Source: Coleofasciculus sp. B1-GNL1-01 (lineage in GTDB: Bacteria > Cyanobacteriota > Cyanobacteriia > Cyanobacteriales > Coleofasciculaceae). From it: a stretch of 64,000 nt of DNA. Below the pieces are notes generated by a model. The model saw only the letters and a program-made list of their open reading frames with translations, was not told where the DNA came from and did no database searches. This document shows positions 19,593 to 30,990 of the stretch, in pieces. Numbering within the stretch: the stretch's first letter is position 1; the number at the start of each line of letters is the position of its first letter. The stretch lies in the NCBI GenBank assembly GCA_040220235.1, contig JAVJTO010000112.1. One strand, 5' to 3'. A program made the translations under genes and the position numbers.

Positions 19593-21335
19593 ATGAATCA
19601 ACCTTGGCAAGGAATAATCCCAATCGGAGGTGTGCCCCCTTGGGTGCATCCCCTCTTAGCCCAAGACACACCAGCACCCATCCAAGAAACTCAGGCTGGT
19701 GTTCAGGGAATTTGGCAAAATCTGAGTAGCTTCGTTCCCAATCTAATTGCCGCAATCCTCATCCTGATTGTCGGTTGGATCGTCGCCTTGATTGCTAAGT
19801 CAATTACCAAAGGACTGCTCAACCGCACCCGTATCGACAATCAAATTGCCGAGTGGTTTGCTGGTGGTCAAGGGGCAGAAGCGCCGCCGATCGAGAAATG
19901 GGTAGCCGGTGCGGTTTACTGGATTATCATCATCTTCACGGTGGTAGCGGTTCTGCAAACGTTGAGGCTGGAAGTTGTTTCTCAACCGCTGAATAATTTT
20001 CTCGACCAAATCCTGACCTTCTTACCCAAGATTTTCGCAGCGGCAATTCTCTTGGGGGTGGCTTGGTTGTTGGCAAGCTTGGTCAAGATGATCACAACCC
20101 GAGGATTACGGGCATTAGGTTTGGATGAGCGTTTGGGTGAACAAGTCAGTGAGACACCCCGTTCCGGAGCAGGTGAGACTCAACGTCAAACCAACCAGTT
20201 CTCCCTGAGTGAAACCATGGGGAACGCTCTGTACTGGTTCATTTTTCTGTTATTTCTGCCCTCCATTCTCAGCACCTTGGGCTTGGAAGGCACTCTGCGC
20301 CCGGTGCAAGAGTTGCTGAATGAAATTTTGGCAATTTTGCCAGATATCTTGGCAGCCCTTGTGATTGCAGCAGCGGGTTGGCTAGTGGCTCAGGTGGTGC
20401 GGCGCATCGTCACCAATCTGTTGTCAGCCGCCGGAACGGATCAACTCGGAGCGCGATTTGGACTGCAAAGTGCGCCAGGAGGGAAATCACTGTCCTGGAT
20501 TATTGGCACGACGGTTTATGTCTTAATTTTGATCCCCGTCGGCATCGCCGCGCTGAACGCCTTACAGATTGAGGCGATCTCAGAGCCTGCGATCGCGATG
20601 TTAAATCAGATTCTCGATGCTCTACCCAAAATCTTTACGGCAGCGTTGATTCTGATGATTGCTTATGTAATCGGTCAGTTTGTCAAGGATTTAGTCACCA
20701 ATATTCTCGCCAGCATTGGCTTTAATAATGTTTATCGTTGGATAGGGATACCGGAACCCCGCCCCAGTCGTCCCGCGCCCACTCCCCCACCTGCCGAACC
20801 TTCGGAGTTAGGCATACCCACTCCAGAAACTGGACCGGAAACGCGGGTTCAACCAGAATCAACTCCCTCGATTCGCACACCGTCAGAACTGGTGGGTATT
20901 ATTGCATTCATTGGCATCCTCTTGTTTGCTACGGTTGCTGCGACGAATGTCTTGCAGTTTGAAGCCTTAACCACAATTGTCACCGGGATTATTGTTATCG
21001 CAGGTCAGATTCTGGCGGGGTTAATTGTATTTGCGGTTGGCTTGTACTTTGCTAATCTCGCCTTTAACTTGATTACCAGTTCGCGATCGCGCCAATCCCA
21101 AATCCTGGCACAAGCGGCTCGGATTGCGATTATTTGCTTTTCCGCAGCGATGGCGCTGCAACAAATGGGTATCGCTGGCGACATCGTAAACTTAGCCTTT
21201 GGCTTACTCTTAGGTGCAATTGCTGTGGCGATCGCGCTGGCGTTTGGACTCGGATCTCGCGATATTGCAGCGGGTCAAGTTCGCGAATGGTTATCTTCAT
21301 TCAAAGAAGACAGACCCCCCGGACCTTACCAATAA
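19593..21335 (+). CDS. TM-helix-repeat membrane protein (CmpX / mechanosensitive-channel-like)
   Basis: Repeated LPxIxAAxxILxxxW helices; C-terminal ALAFGLGSRD. Confidence 0.85.
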   Translation: MNQPWQGIIPIGGVPPWVHPLLAQDTPAPIQETQAGVQGIWQNLSSFVPNLIAAILILIVGWIVALIAKSITKGLLNRTRIDNQIAEWFAGGQGAEAPPIEKWVAGAVYWIIIIFTVVAVLQTLRLEVVSQPLNNFLDQILTFLPKIFAAAILLGVAWLLASLVKMITTRGLRALGLDERLGEQVSETPRSGAGETQRQTNQFSLSETMGNALYWFIFLLFLPSILSTLGLEGTLRPVQELLNEILAILPDILAALVIAAAGWLVAQVVRRIVTNLLSAAGTDQLGARFGLQSAPGGKSLSWIIGTTVYVLILIPVGIAALNALQIEAISEPAIAMLNQILDALPKIFTAALILMIAYVIGQFVKDLVTNILASIGFNNVYRWIGIPEPRPSRPAPTPPPAEPSELGIPTPETGPETRVQPESTPSIRTPSELVGIIAFIGILLFATVAATNVLQFEALTTIVTGIIVIAGQILAGLIVFAVGLYFANLAFNLITSSRSRQSQILAQAARIAIICFSAAMALQQMGIAGDIVNLAFGLLLGAIAVAIALAFGLGSRDIAAGQVREWLSSFKEDRPPGPYQ

Positions 21336-21365
21336 CGGTTCAAGAATCGAACAGCGTTGAATTCG

Positions 21366-21401
21366 ATCCCCTGCCAAAATGTGCAGGGGATTCTGATTTT
21401 T
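21366..21401 (+). terminator. Probable intrinsic terminator
   Basis: ATCCCCTGC...GCAGGGGAT hairpin followed by T-rich tract. Confidence 0.55.
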
Positions 21402-21611
21402 ATCACCCATTCTCCCAGTATGTTTTCATACTAAAGCGGTTACAGCATTGTTATTATGGGCAATTCACCGAACTTGTAATTCAGAAATTTGGTGGATTAA
21501 AATCGTAGCATTTTCTAAGCTCAGAATTTAGGTGTGTCACGCCACATTGAATTACAGTCTCAATCCCTAATTCGGTAGGATCAGCAGAGGATCATCTCCA
21601 GTATAATCGTC

Positions 21612-22114
21612 ATGGTAAAAACACCCTTACCGCATTTGACCACTCCCCCTTTGGTAAATGGCGACAAGCTCAGCCGCTATGAATTCGAGCGTCGCTACAA
21701 TGCCATGCCTCACCTGAAAAAAGCCGAATTGATTGAAGGAATTGTCTACATGGCTGCTGCCTTACGATTTAAGAGCCACGGTGAACCTCATGGTAAAATT
21801 ATCACTTGGCTCGGAACTTATGCAGCCATGACACCTAATATTTCCATGGGAGACAACCCAGCAATGGAGTCAAAGAATATATCGTTTGGCAAGTTCTTGA
21901 TCGCAAATTGAGCTGGTTTTATCTGAAAGAGGGCGAGTATCTAGAATTATCGGCTGATAACGATGGTATTATGCGAAGTCAAGTTTTTCCAGGATTGTGG
22001 TTAGCCGTTGCTGAGTTATTAGCAGAGAATATGCCACAAGTATTAACAGTTTTACAAGCAGGTTGGCAATCTCCAGAACACGCGGCATTTGTCCAGAAAT
22101 TAGCCAACCAATAA
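21612..22114 (+). pseudogene. Uma2-family pseudogene with internal deletion and frameshift
   Basis: N-part (KAELIEGIVYM...MGDNP) joins out of frame to NGVKEYIVWQV...SQVFPGLWL; the central QPD/PELVVE segment is absent. Confidence 0.85.
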
Positions 22115-22273
22115 TCATGCCCAACTGTCTGTAAGTAGGTGGGAAAAATTTAGCGATCGCGACCCCGTTAAGCTGATGTTTCTAGGGGGAAAGGTGCGTT
22201 ACGCTTTGCTAACACACCCTACAAATAGAACCTGTGCGTAAGTCCTGTACATGAAAGCGTGAAGGTTAAGGTT

Positions 22274-22879
22274 ATGGCTTACAGTGATTTCACCTCATTA
22301 GACCAACTCATTCCTTTAGGCATTAGCCAGCTTACTCCTGTGGAGAAACTTATCGATTTTGAGCCGATCGCTCCCAGTAGCTTCTTAACCGAAGCCTTAA
22401 AGCGATTTGTCCCTCTGGCGACTGCTATCAACACCGAAAAGGCTCGGTCTGAGTATTTAATTGCTCCCCTTTTGAGTGAACTGGTTACGCTTAATCCCAC
22501 GGTTTCCTTATTTTCGGGCAAAAACTTTACGGCTGACCCCAGTCTCGGACTCAATGGCTTTGTTGATTTTTTGTTCACCGCTAACCCGGATAAGCTGACA
22601 ATTAAAGCGCCCGTTGTTACCGTCATTGAAGCAAAGAATGAAAACATTAATGCAGGTTTAGCTCAATGTATTGCCACCATGTATGCCGCTTATTTAGTTA
22701 ATCGACGCGACGCTGATATGACTGCAAAAACGGTCTATGGTACGGTGACAACCGGACAAATTTGGCGGTTTTTATCCCTGACAACCCGCCTGGAAGTCTT
22801 CATTGATCTTAATGATCGCTATCTGACGCCGATTGATGAACTACTGGGTTTGTTAAATGCTTTGGTTACCGATCATTAA
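22274..22879 (+). CDS. PD-(D/E)XK nuclease-fold protein
   Basis: EKARSE, GFVDF, VIEAK, AQC and YGTVTTGQIWRF motifs. Confidence 0.75.
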   Translation: MAYSDFTSLDQLIPLGISQLTPVEKLIDFEPIAPSSFLTEALKRFVPLATAINTEKARSEYLIAPLLSELVTLNPTVSLFSGKNFTADPSLGLNGFVDFLFTANPDKLTIKAPVVTVIEAKNENINAGLAQCIATMYAAYLVNRRDADMTAKTVYGTVTTGQIWRFLSLTTRLEVFIDLNDRYLTPIDELLGLLNALVTDH

Positions 22880-24474
22880 TCCACTTCCAACGGACCAATC
22901 CCCTTTTGCTGGGTAAAATGCTTTAACTCCTCCACCAACTGACTATCATTCGACGCCGTTCTTGCTCCCGCTTGGGCTGCCCAGTGTTTCAGGGCTTCTA
23001 TTTGATCCCGTGCGATCGCGGCAAGTGGTACCGTTTCTTCTATCGCCCGGACAATATCCTCGGTGGTAAAATCTCGCCGTTGTCCATTCACCAAAGTACC
23101 ATAAGCTCGATGCATGGCATCAATAATTACCTGTTCAATCTCCGCCCCACTAAAGTTCTTCGCTTGTCGTGCTAATCTGGCTAAATCAAAATCCCGTAAG
23201 CGAGAAGGGCGTAAGGGTTGCAAATGCACCTTAAAGATATCCTTGCGTTCGGCTTCCGTGGGCAAATTCAAAAAGAAGATTTCATCAAATCTGCCTTTCC
23301 GCAATAACTCGGCGGGCAAAATCTGCACATTATTCGCCGTCGCTACAATAAACACGGGACTCGTCTTTTCCTGCATCCAGGTAATCAGCGTACCAAATAC
23401 CCGTCTGGATGTTCCTGAATCCCCATCAACGCCAGCACCAATATTACCAAACGCCTTATCAATCTCATCAATCCATAACACACAAGGCGCGATCGCTTCA
23501 CTAATTTGAATCATTTGGCGCACCCGACTTTCACTTTCCCCGACAATCCCGCCAAATAATCGCCCCGTGTCTAACCGCAATAAGGGCAAACGCCATTCAT
23601 GGGCAATGGTTTTCGCGGATAGGGATTTCCCGGTTCCCTGAATTCCCACCAGTAAAATTCCCTTGGGATTGGGAATTCCATAGCGTCGCGCTTCTTCCGT
23701 AAACGCATCTTGGCGCATCCGTACCCATTGCTTGAGATTCTCCAATCCACCGACATTTTTCAGCGATTCCTGGGCGGTGAAAAAGTCTAAAATCCCAGTT
23801 TGGCGAATCGCTTGTTTTTTCTCCCCTAATACGCCATCAATATCCGTTTCATTTACCTGTTGTTTTGCGGCTAATGCCTTTGCCAATACCCGGGCAATTC
23901 TGGCACGACTCAATCCTTGACAGGCTTTAACTAATTGTTCCCGCGCTAATCCAGATACGTTTAAGTTTTCGGGTTTGACCAGAATATTAATCAGGTAATC
24001 AATTTCCTGGGAATTCGGCAAAGGAAAATCAATAACCGTAACTTCCTCACTCAATTCTGCTGGCACTTCTAAGGTATGACTGGTGAGGATTAAGGTTTTG
24101 CGAGAACGCTTAAGTTCCTTGGTTAAATTCTTTAATTCTCGGATCACGGGCGCATTGCGATCGCTCTGCGGATTTTTCAAGATAAAATGTAGATCCCGGA
24201 GGACAAATAAGCTATTTTCTTGCGGATCAGTCTTGCGAATCCGATGCAGCGCCCCCATAACTGAACCCTTATCCGCCCCATTATCATCCCATCCCCGCAC
24301 AATATCCCAGAGTAAAACTTGGCGTTCGGGTTGGGATTGCACAGCGACAGAGAGTAATACTTCTTCCACGGGTTCTTCTTCAACCGCCACGATATAAAGT
24401 AACGGATAACGCGCCCGGATCATTAAATCTAATTGTTCGATTAAGGTTTGATGGGGATTGAAGGTATTAGTCAT
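22876..24474 (-). CDS. Ycf46-like AAA+ ATPase
   Basis: GIQGTGKS Walker A, LWIDEIDK Walker B, ELLRKGRFDEIFF. Confidence 0.93.
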   Translation of the reverse strand: MTNTFNPHQTLIEQLDLMIRARYPLLYIVAVEEEPVEEVLLSVAVQSQPERQVLLWDIVRGWDDNGADKGSVMGALHRIRKTDPQENSLFVLRDLHFILKNPQSDRNAPVIRELKNLTKELKRSRKTLILTSHTLEVPAELSEEVTVIDFPLPNSQEIDYLINILVKPENLNVSGLAREQLVKACQGLSRARIARVLAKALAAKQQVNETDIDGVLGEKKQAIRQTGILDFFTAQESLKNVGGLENLKQWVRMRQDAFTEEARRYGIPNPKGILLVGIQGTGKSLSAKTIAHEWRLPLLRLDTGRLFGGIVGESESRVRQMIQISEAIAPCVLWIDEIDKAFGNIGAGVDGDSGTSRRVFGTLITWMQEKTSPVFIVATANNVQILPAELLRKGRFDEIFFLNLPTEAERKDIFKVHLQPLRPSRLRDFDLARLARQAKNFSGAEIEQVIIDAMHRAYGTLVNGQRRDFTTEDIVRAIEETVPLAAIARDQIEALKHWAAQAGARTASNDSQLVEELKHFTQQKGIGPLEVD

Positions 24475-24612
24475 TTGTCAAAACACTGATTTCACGGATT
24501 TATTGTCTAGATGGAGTAGGGAGGTGCGAGCTTATTCACACTGATTACACAGAAAAGTTTGTTCTCTCCTCTTGACAGTGTGATTAGGAGTTGAACGGAG
24601 ATTATTTAGTCA

Positions 24613-24706
24613 TATCATGTCCGGTTGAATACCCATAATTGGTGAGTAGGGGCTTGGTAACCAAGCCCGTACATTTTTATTAGGGGTGATGAGTCCGGAC
24701 ATCATA
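24613..24706. mobile_element. TA-flanked MITE carrying a REP
   Basis: TATCATGTCCGG ... CCGGACATCATA inverted ends around GTAGGGGCTTGGTAACCAAGCCCGTAC. Confidence 0.7.
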
Positions 24707-24745
24707 TCATTTGTCATTCGTCATTCGTCATGATGAAACCTGTCC

Positions 24746-25642
24746 CTACCCATTTTTTCTTAATTGATTGTAATCACTAAATCCAACTGGAAAATCGGTA
24801 TGCTCATCATAATCGGTATTGTCTAGATTAGCATCGGTCAGCTTGACTCCTTTTAGTTTAGCGCCCCTCAAGTTGGCGTCACTCAAATCTGCTCCGATTA
24901 GATTGGCACCAACCAGATTAGCTTCGGTAAAATCAGCTTGGCTTAAATTGGCGTTACTCAGGTTTGCCCAACTGATAATCCCTTGAGTCAAATTTGCCTC
25001 TTGTAGGTGAGCATTACTTAAATCTGCCCCTCTGAGATTCGCCCCCATGAGTTTAGCTTGACTGAGGTTTGTCTCCTTTAGGGAAACACCCGTTAGGTTC
25101 GCATGGCTGAGATTTGCCTGACTGAGTTCTACACCGTTTAGAATAGTTTGGTTGAAGTTCGCGCCTTTCAGGATTGCTCCGGTTAAATCGACTCGATTTA
25201 GGTATGCTCCACTGAGATTAGCATCACTTAAATCAATCTCGCTTAAGATTTCCCACTGCAAACAAATTCCACTTAAATTCGCCCCTGAAAATACTCGATT
25301 TCCAGCTTCGTAACGGTTGAGGAGTTCCTTGGCTAATCGGATACTGTATTGAGTTAAGGCTGATTCGGCTTGAGTGGCGGCGTGTTTTTCTAGGAGAGAA
25401 TAGGCGGTTTGGTGAATCTCCCACACTTCATCCTCTAAGGCTTGAATAAGTATCGCTATGCCCTTTTGCCGATAATTCAGAGCGTTATGGAGGGCGGCGA
25501 TTTTGGCATTTAGGGTGGAGGCGGGGTTCTGACTCAACTGCTGGGTTACGGCTTCAATTCCGCCTAATACGGCGTCTCCTCTGGAGATTGAACCGCCCAA
25601 AACTACATCAGTGTTTTGAGGTTGATTAGGATAAACTGTCAT
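24746..25642 (-). CDS. Pentapeptide-repeat protein
   Basis: Long A(N/D)LxG repeats after a DVVLGG...AVLGGIE N-terminal domain. Confidence 0.9.
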   Translation of the reverse strand: MTVYPNQPQNTDVVLGGSISRGDAVLGGIEAVTQQLSQNPASTLNAKIAALHNALNYRQKGIAILIQALEDEVWEIHQTAYSLLEKHAATQAESALTQYSIRLAKELLNRYEAGNRVFSGANLSGICLQWEILSEIDLSDANLSGAYLNRVDLTGAILKGANFNQTILNGVELSQANLSHANLTGVSLKETNLSQAKLMGANLRGADLSNAHLQEANLTQGIISWANLSNANLSQADFTEANLVGANLIGADLSDANLRGAKLKGVKLTDANLDNTDYDEHTDFPVGFSDYNQLRKNG

Positions 25643-25763
25643 AGACAACAAAATAAGGGCACGATAATACCGTACCCTTTTTATGGTGTTCAAGGTTCAT
25701 TGCGATTAACAATCAACCCTAAATACTCACACTAATAGAAGACTTATGTCAAGAGTTCCGACT

Positions 25764-26468
25764 CTAGTCAATCGCATCCGCCGTATCTTCTAATGCTCGC
25801 TGCGCTGATTTACTGGCTTTACTGGCTTTATCTTGTACGGCATCGGCGGTATCTTCTGCGGCGCGTTTCGTCTTTTTGACGATAGTTTCACCGGTTTCTT
25901 GTGCCTTTTCTTTCGTATCTTCGGCTGAACGTTTGGTAGATTTAGCTACATCTTCAGCAACATCTTCAGTTTTTTCCTTTGCCTCTTTTGCCGAACGCTT
26001 GGCGGACTTGCTTACATCTTCAGCCGCATCCGTTGTATTATCTTTGAGATTTTTAACACCTCTCTGAGTTCCCTCAGTCACACCCTCGGTGAAATCAGTG
26101 GCTGACTCTTTCACATCTTTGCCGAGTCGCTCAACTCGTTTATTCAGCGGCGCTCCTTCTTGATAATTCTCGATAAACTTTTCAGGAGTATCCGCCTTCT
26201 TCTCCAGGTTTTTCTCAGCGTTTTTAATTAATTTATCAGGATTGTCATTTGTCTTTCGAGACGTTTTCGGAGAATCAACCCCCTGATAGTCTTTCGCTCC
26301 GCCTGTAGGCGTGAGAACTTCAGTAACATTCTTTGTCACATCGTCAGCCGTCTTCGCTGATACTCCACTATTGCATCCTGTACTGATGAATACAAAGATA
26401 CCCGCTAAAGCTACGGTTAATAATTGAGTAAACCGTTTATTTTTTAGCCAATCTATCATTCTGCCCAT
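25764..26468 (-). CDS. LEA-like lipoprotein
   Basis: Lipobox ISTGC; Lys/Ala/Glu/Asp/Thr-rich amphipathic repeats. Confidence 0.8.
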   Translation of the reverse strand: MGRMIDWLKNKRFTQLLTVALAGIFVFISTGCNSGVSAKTADDVTKNVTEVLTPTGGAKDYQGVDSPKTSRKTNDNPDKLIKNAEKNLEKKADTPEKFIENYQEGAPLNKRVERLGKDVKESATDFTEGVTEGTQRGVKNLKDNTTDAAEDVSKSAKRSAKEAKEKTEDVAEDVAKSTKRSAEDTKEKAQETGETIVKKTKRAAEDTADAVQDKASKASKSAQRALEDTADAID

Positions 26469-26530
26469 AAAAAAAATCTCCTTAGTTGTATTGTCAGTGA
26501 ATTATCCTAAGTCTAAAGCAATCACCGTTC

Positions 26531-26800
26531 TCAACTTAATCGAGCTAATTCGGATTGCTCTACCGAGTTGTTTGATACGTTGAGCCTACGGCTGACATCA
26601 GGATTTAGAGACATATTGTTGTCAGTGTAGCTGTCTCCCCCCTTCTTGTAGGGGTTATTCGTACCTCCAGCTTGAACCGGAGGATTTTCTGGACGCCCAC
26701 TGTCTACCGTTGTACTACTACACGCCGTACCAATCAGTAGCATCACGCAGGCTAAAGCCAGTGTTAATATCTGTCGCCAAATCTCAGTCAGTCGTTTCAC
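26531..26800 (-). CDS. Small lipoprotein (DUF6658-like)
   Basis: Lipobox IGTAC; RPENPPVQAGGTNNPYK; GGAG RBS before GTG. Confidence 0.65.
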   Translation of the reverse strand: MKRLTEIWRQILTLALACVMLLIGTACSSTTVDSGRPENPPVQAGGTNNPYKKGGDSYTDNNMSLNPDVSRRLNVSNNSVEQSELARLS

Positions 26801-27013
26801 GCTATACTCCTAAGCGATATGCACCTCACGATTGCCTAGCTTATCACTATCCAGGCGATCGCTATCTCTAGCCAAGGTGACATTCTACTTGATCCTGGAA
26901 GCGGCTCGTCTCTAACTGAAGACAGAGAAAAATCATTTACAGTCTTCAGCAGCTTCTCTTCTCCCCTGCATCCTTGCACCGCTGCACCCCATCTGAACCG
27001 AAAACGTCTCAAT

Positions 27014-28348
27014 CTACTGATTTTCGGGTTTCTCTTCCAATTTTACATAGTCCCGAAGCTGAGAAAACACTCGGTAAGCATCTAGCTGAAATTCGGAACT
27101 TGTCGTATTATCCATTTTGATCAGATTATATTGGACATTTTCCGTATGAATAGCAAAGGTAATTTTAAACACTTCAAAAAATGTAATCACCCAACGACAG
27201 CTCTCTTCCGAATAATTGGTGTAATATTGAATTAATTTAGCAATGCAAGTTTCTAGATGATTACGCGAGTTCGGACAAATCATAATGATTTTTAGCAAGA
27301 GCATCGCTAAGGTTAAGTGATGAGCTTGAGACATGAGCAAAATAAACAGGGGCGACGGCTCATCCTGATTTTCAGTGGTTAAATATTCAATTAAGCGGTT
27401 ACAGGTTCTCAGGAGTAATGCCGCCTCTATGGTTGTATTGTGGTAATCTTCGTAGAGATCATTTAATTTCTCAGTTAAGGTTTGATTTAAGGATTTAACT
27501 AGCTCTTTCTTTTTAACGGAAAATATAAGATAGTTTTGTAAACTTTTTTTAAATCGTTTATAATTTAAATCTTTGGTTTGTTCTAAAAATATATTAGCGA
27601 CATTTTTATAGTTAAACATTCCATGCTTAACTACAATTTTTTTAATTAGATCAACAACTTTATCCCCTAAACCTGTAGGATTATTGTAAATAGGTTCCCG
27701 ACAAATTGCGGATTTAGAGTACGCCGTATACATTGCCAAATCAAACTTGAACTGATCTTTGAGTTTTTTTGACAAGATTCTCGCCGCTTCACGTTGCTCC
27801 ACGGGGTTGTTCAAATTTGTATACTGGGGAACGAGGAGATAAGAGATATAACGGTTACTCCAATGACCAGGATCTGAAGTTACTTGTTGAGTAATAAATA
27901 ATTGAAGTTCGTGATAGTCTTGACTGTTAATGAAATTTAACAGCCATGCTCTTTGACGGCTTAATGTTGGCGATAATGTTTTTCGCGTCAGTTTTACATC
28001 AGAAAATAGGGATACTAAGTCTTGGCTAGCCGTGAAATTTCTTGAGATATACCAATTATTAATAACAATATAACAGGAACGTTTAAGGGTATTGGTAAAT
28101 TCTTTTTCATCGTTAGCAAAAAGTATTTCTGATAAAGCTTGAATCGCTTCCGGATTACCTTCTGAAGCATTATAGTCAATAAATAACAATTTAAATTCTT
28201 GCAAAACGGTTTCTGGCGGTTGTTGTTTAACCGTATCTAGCAAAAATTGATAGATAACATCCTGTGCCTGCTGAAGAGGGAATCCTAGCTGGTTGGATTG
28301 AGTACGAGACTCAGTATGACGAGTATCTAAGATAACTTCCCTGATCAT
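27014..28348 (-). CDS. Hypothetical protein
   Basis: 444-aa uninterrupted, probably helical ORF; no motif recognised. Confidence 0.75.
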   Translation of the reverse strand: MIREVILDTRHTESRTQSNQLGFPLQQAQDVIYQFLLDTVKQQPPETVLQEFKLLFIDYNASEGNPEAIQALSEILFANDEKEFTNTLKRSCYIVINNWYISRNFTASQDLVSLFSDVKLTRKTLSPTLSRQRAWLLNFINSQDYHELQLFITQQVTSDPGHWSNRYISYLLVPQYTNLNNPVEQREAARILSKKLKDQFKFDLAMYTAYSKSAICREPIYNNPTGLGDKVVDLIKKIVVKHGMFNYKNVANIFLEQTKDLNYKRFKKSLQNYLIFSVKKKELVKSLNQTLTEKLNDLYEDYHNTTIEAALLLRTCNRLIEYLTTENQDEPSPLFILLMSQAHHLTLAMLLLKIIMICPNSRNHLETCIAKLIQYYTNYSEESCRWVITFFEVFKITFAIHTENVQYNLIKMDNTTSSEFQLDAYRVFSQLRDYVKLEEKPENQ

Positions 28349-28727
28349 GGAAATCCAAGAGGACGCTTACGCCCTTACTGAAGGTCTAATAGTAGCAAGT
28401 TGATGACACCCTGCGTCAAGGCTACCGCTCATCGACGTGTTCAGCTTGACGATCTCACAATTGATATTGACATAAATTCATCATATATATTTTCGGGAAA
28501 ATATATAGGGGGTGCTGAATAAGCGTTGTGGTGAGGCGAGGGAACAGGGAACGGGGAACAGGGAACAGTAAAGAATGTCCTCAATACTGTTCGGTTAAGG
28601 GGAGCGGGGGGAAGCAGGGGAAGCATGTAGAGACGTTGCATGCAACGTCTATTAGCAGGGGGAGAATAATGCTTAAGTCAGCGATGCGAACGTTTATAGC
28701 GCTAAAGCGCTTACTACATACAAACCT

Positions 28728-29702
28728 TTAAGACTGATCCGACTCAGATTTCATCCGGTTAATTTCCTGTTGTAATTCTTCGAGTTGACGCTGTAATCGT
28801 TGGGCTTCCTGGTTTTGAGCCGCTTGGGATGGCACATTGACTGATCCTTCGTCGGTTACTCGTTGATAATTGCCCTGGCGAATTTGACGATAGTCTTCTG
28901 ATTTGACCCAATCTCGCAGATAGCGCAAACGTTCAACCGGAAAAGGATGGGTAAGAAACGAACCATTCCCACCGTTGTATAATAAAAACTTATAAACTTG
29001 ATTAAGACTATCTTGGTCAAGGTCTTGAAATCGGTCGGATTGGCGGATAAATTCATCAAGGCTGCATTCATGACCATAAGCATGAGAACCCCCCGATAGT
29101 TTCATCATCGTTTTCATGACGATATTGATATCATCGATAACCAATAAAGCCGCCCGATCTGACGATAACTCCGCTTTCCGCCGCCATTCATAAAAGGCAA
29201 AGAGTAAACCACTGGTGACAATATTGCCAATCCCAAAGGTTAAATCTCCCAGAAACGCCGCCGCACCCATCGCCCAGATTCCCATCTGAATTAAAATCGT
29301 GTGACCGCATTTGATATGTCCGAGTTCATGTGCCAACACGGTGCGAATTTCGACTTCAGTGAGTAAGTCTAATAACCCTGTATTCAACACAATGTATGGA
29401 TGATCCTGTCCCAAGGCATAACTATTCACTTGGGGGTTTTGACTAACAAATAGAGTGGGTTCAGGATGGATATCTAAATCTCGCACACATTCGCGAAATA
29501 AGCTGTAAATGGTGGAATATTGGCGCGGTCCCACTTGGATACTATTGCCCATCAGATAGACGAATTGGGGGCGTTCGTAGATAAATTCGACGAATTTGCG
29601 GGCAGCTAGGTTAAATCCAGGAACACTCCGTAGGGCATCCTCAGCTTGTTGGTCAAGGGGGTGTCGGAAGGCGTCGCTAGAAATTCCAGGATAGGTGGGC
29701 AT
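28728..29702 (-). CDS. M48-family Zn metallopeptidase
   Basis: AHELGH, AELSSDR, THPFPVER. Confidence 0.92.
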   Translation of the reverse strand: MPTYPGISSDAFRHPLDQQAEDALRSVPGFNLAARKFVEFIYERPQFVYLMGNSIQVGPRQYSTIYSLFRECVRDLDIHPEPTLFVSQNPQVNSYALGQDHPYIVLNTGLLDLLTEVEIRTVLAHELGHIKCGHTILIQMGIWAMGAAAFLGDLTFGIGNIVTSGLLFAFYEWRRKAELSSDRAALLVIDDINIVMKTMMKLSGGSHAYGHECSLDEFIRQSDRFQDLDQDSLNQVYKFLLYNGGNGSFLTHPFPVERLRYLRDWVKSEDYRQIRQGNYQRVTDEGSVNVPSQAAQNQEAQRLQRQLEELQQEINRMKSESDQS

Positions 29703-29753
29703 AGGGACGTTGAGGCTGAAACGTGAAAGTAGGTCTTTCTATCCTAGCGATTT

Positions 29754-29781
29754 GTAGAGACGTTGCATGCAACGTCTCTAC
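29754..29781. repeat. GTAG-type REP palindrome
   Basis: Perfect palindrome GTAGAGACGTTGCATGCAACGTCTCTAC; relatives at 28627, 42776 and 56566. Confidence 0.9.
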
Positions 29782-29787
29782 TGGCAT

Positions 29788-30990
29788 TTAACCTCTAGTT
29801 TTGGCTGACCAAACGCGAGTGGGTAATCCCCAAATGTAGATGAAGCCTTCAGCGGCTTTGTGATCAAATTGATCTTCAGAGGTATAGGTGGCTAGTTCTG
29901 GGGTATAGAGAGAATTGCTAGACGCTCGTCCGACAATGGTGGCGTTACCTTTGAAGAATTTCACCCGCACGCTTCCGGAAACTTGCTCCTGAGTTTGCTG
30001 AATGAACGCATCTAGAGCATCTTTTAGGGGAGAGTACCATAACCCCTGGTAAATAAGCTGGCTATAGGTGTCTTCAATCCCTCGCTTATACTGGCTGACA
30101 TCAGATGTCAACGTCAGGCTTTCTAAGTCGCGATGGGCATGAATTAAGGTTAACAGAGCCGGGACTTCATAAATCTCTCTAGATTTAATCCCAACAACCC
30201 GATTCTCAATCATATCAATTCGCCCCACCCCATGATTTCCGGCGACTTGGTTAAGCTGAGTAATCAGGGCGACGGGATCAAGGGCTTGACCATTCAGCGA
30301 GATTGGAATTCCTCGCTCAAAGCCAATCTCCACGTATTCTGGATCATTGGGAGTATCCGCGATCGCTTTGGTCATCAGATAGATTTCTTCCGGCGGTTCA
30401 GCCATGGGATCTTCGAGAATTCCCGCCTCAATACTGCGACCCAGCAAATTCCGGTCAATACTATAAGGAGACGACTTTTTCACTGGAGAGGGAATCCCGA
30501 ACCGTTCCCCATACGCGATCGTATCTTCCCGGCTCAACCCCCACTCCCTCGCGGGTGCAAGAACTTTCAAGTTAGGATTGAGCGCCGTAATCGACACATC
30601 AAACCGCACCTGATCATTCCCTTTACCGGTGCAACCGTGAGCCACGGCATCTGCACCATACTCCTGGGCTGCTTCAACCAATAATTTAGCAATCAGTGGA
30701 CGCGCTAGCGCTGTGGACAAAGGATAGCGATTTTCATACAGCGCATTTGCCTGAATTGCTGGAAAGGCGTAATCTGTGACAAACCGTTCAGTCGCATCCG
30801 CCACCAGAGACTCGGCGGCACCTGATTTCAAGGCTTTTTCTTTGATCGGTTCTAACTCATCACCTTGACCTAAATCGGCGGCTAGCGTGATCACCTCCTT
30901 CACCCCCCATTCCTCTTTGAGATAAGGAATGCAGACGGAAGTATCGACGCCACCTGAGTAGGCTAGTACAACTTTTTCAGCACGACCCAT
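29788..30990 (-). CDS. argG: Argininosuccinate synthase
   Basis: [32 protein letters not shown]. Confidence 0.98.
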   Translation of the reverse strand: MGRAEKVVLAYSGGVDTSVCIPYLKEEWGVKEVITLAADLGQGDELEPIKEKALKSGAAESLVADATERFVTDYAFPAIQANALYENRYPLSTALARPLIAKLLVEAAQEYGADAVAHGCTGKGNDQVRFDVSITALNPNLKVLAPAREWGLSREDTIAYGERFGIPSPVKKSSPYSIDRNLLGRSIEAGILEDPMAEPPEEIYLMTKAIADTPNDPEYVEIGFERGIPISLNGQALDPVALITQLNQVAGNHGVGRIDMIENRVVGIKSREIYEVPALLTLIHAHRDLESLTLTSDVSQYKRGIEDTYSQLIYQGLWYSPLKDALDAFIQQTQEQVSGSVRVKFFKGNATIVGRASSNSLYTPELATYTSEDQFDHKAAEGFIYIWGLPTRVWSAKTRG

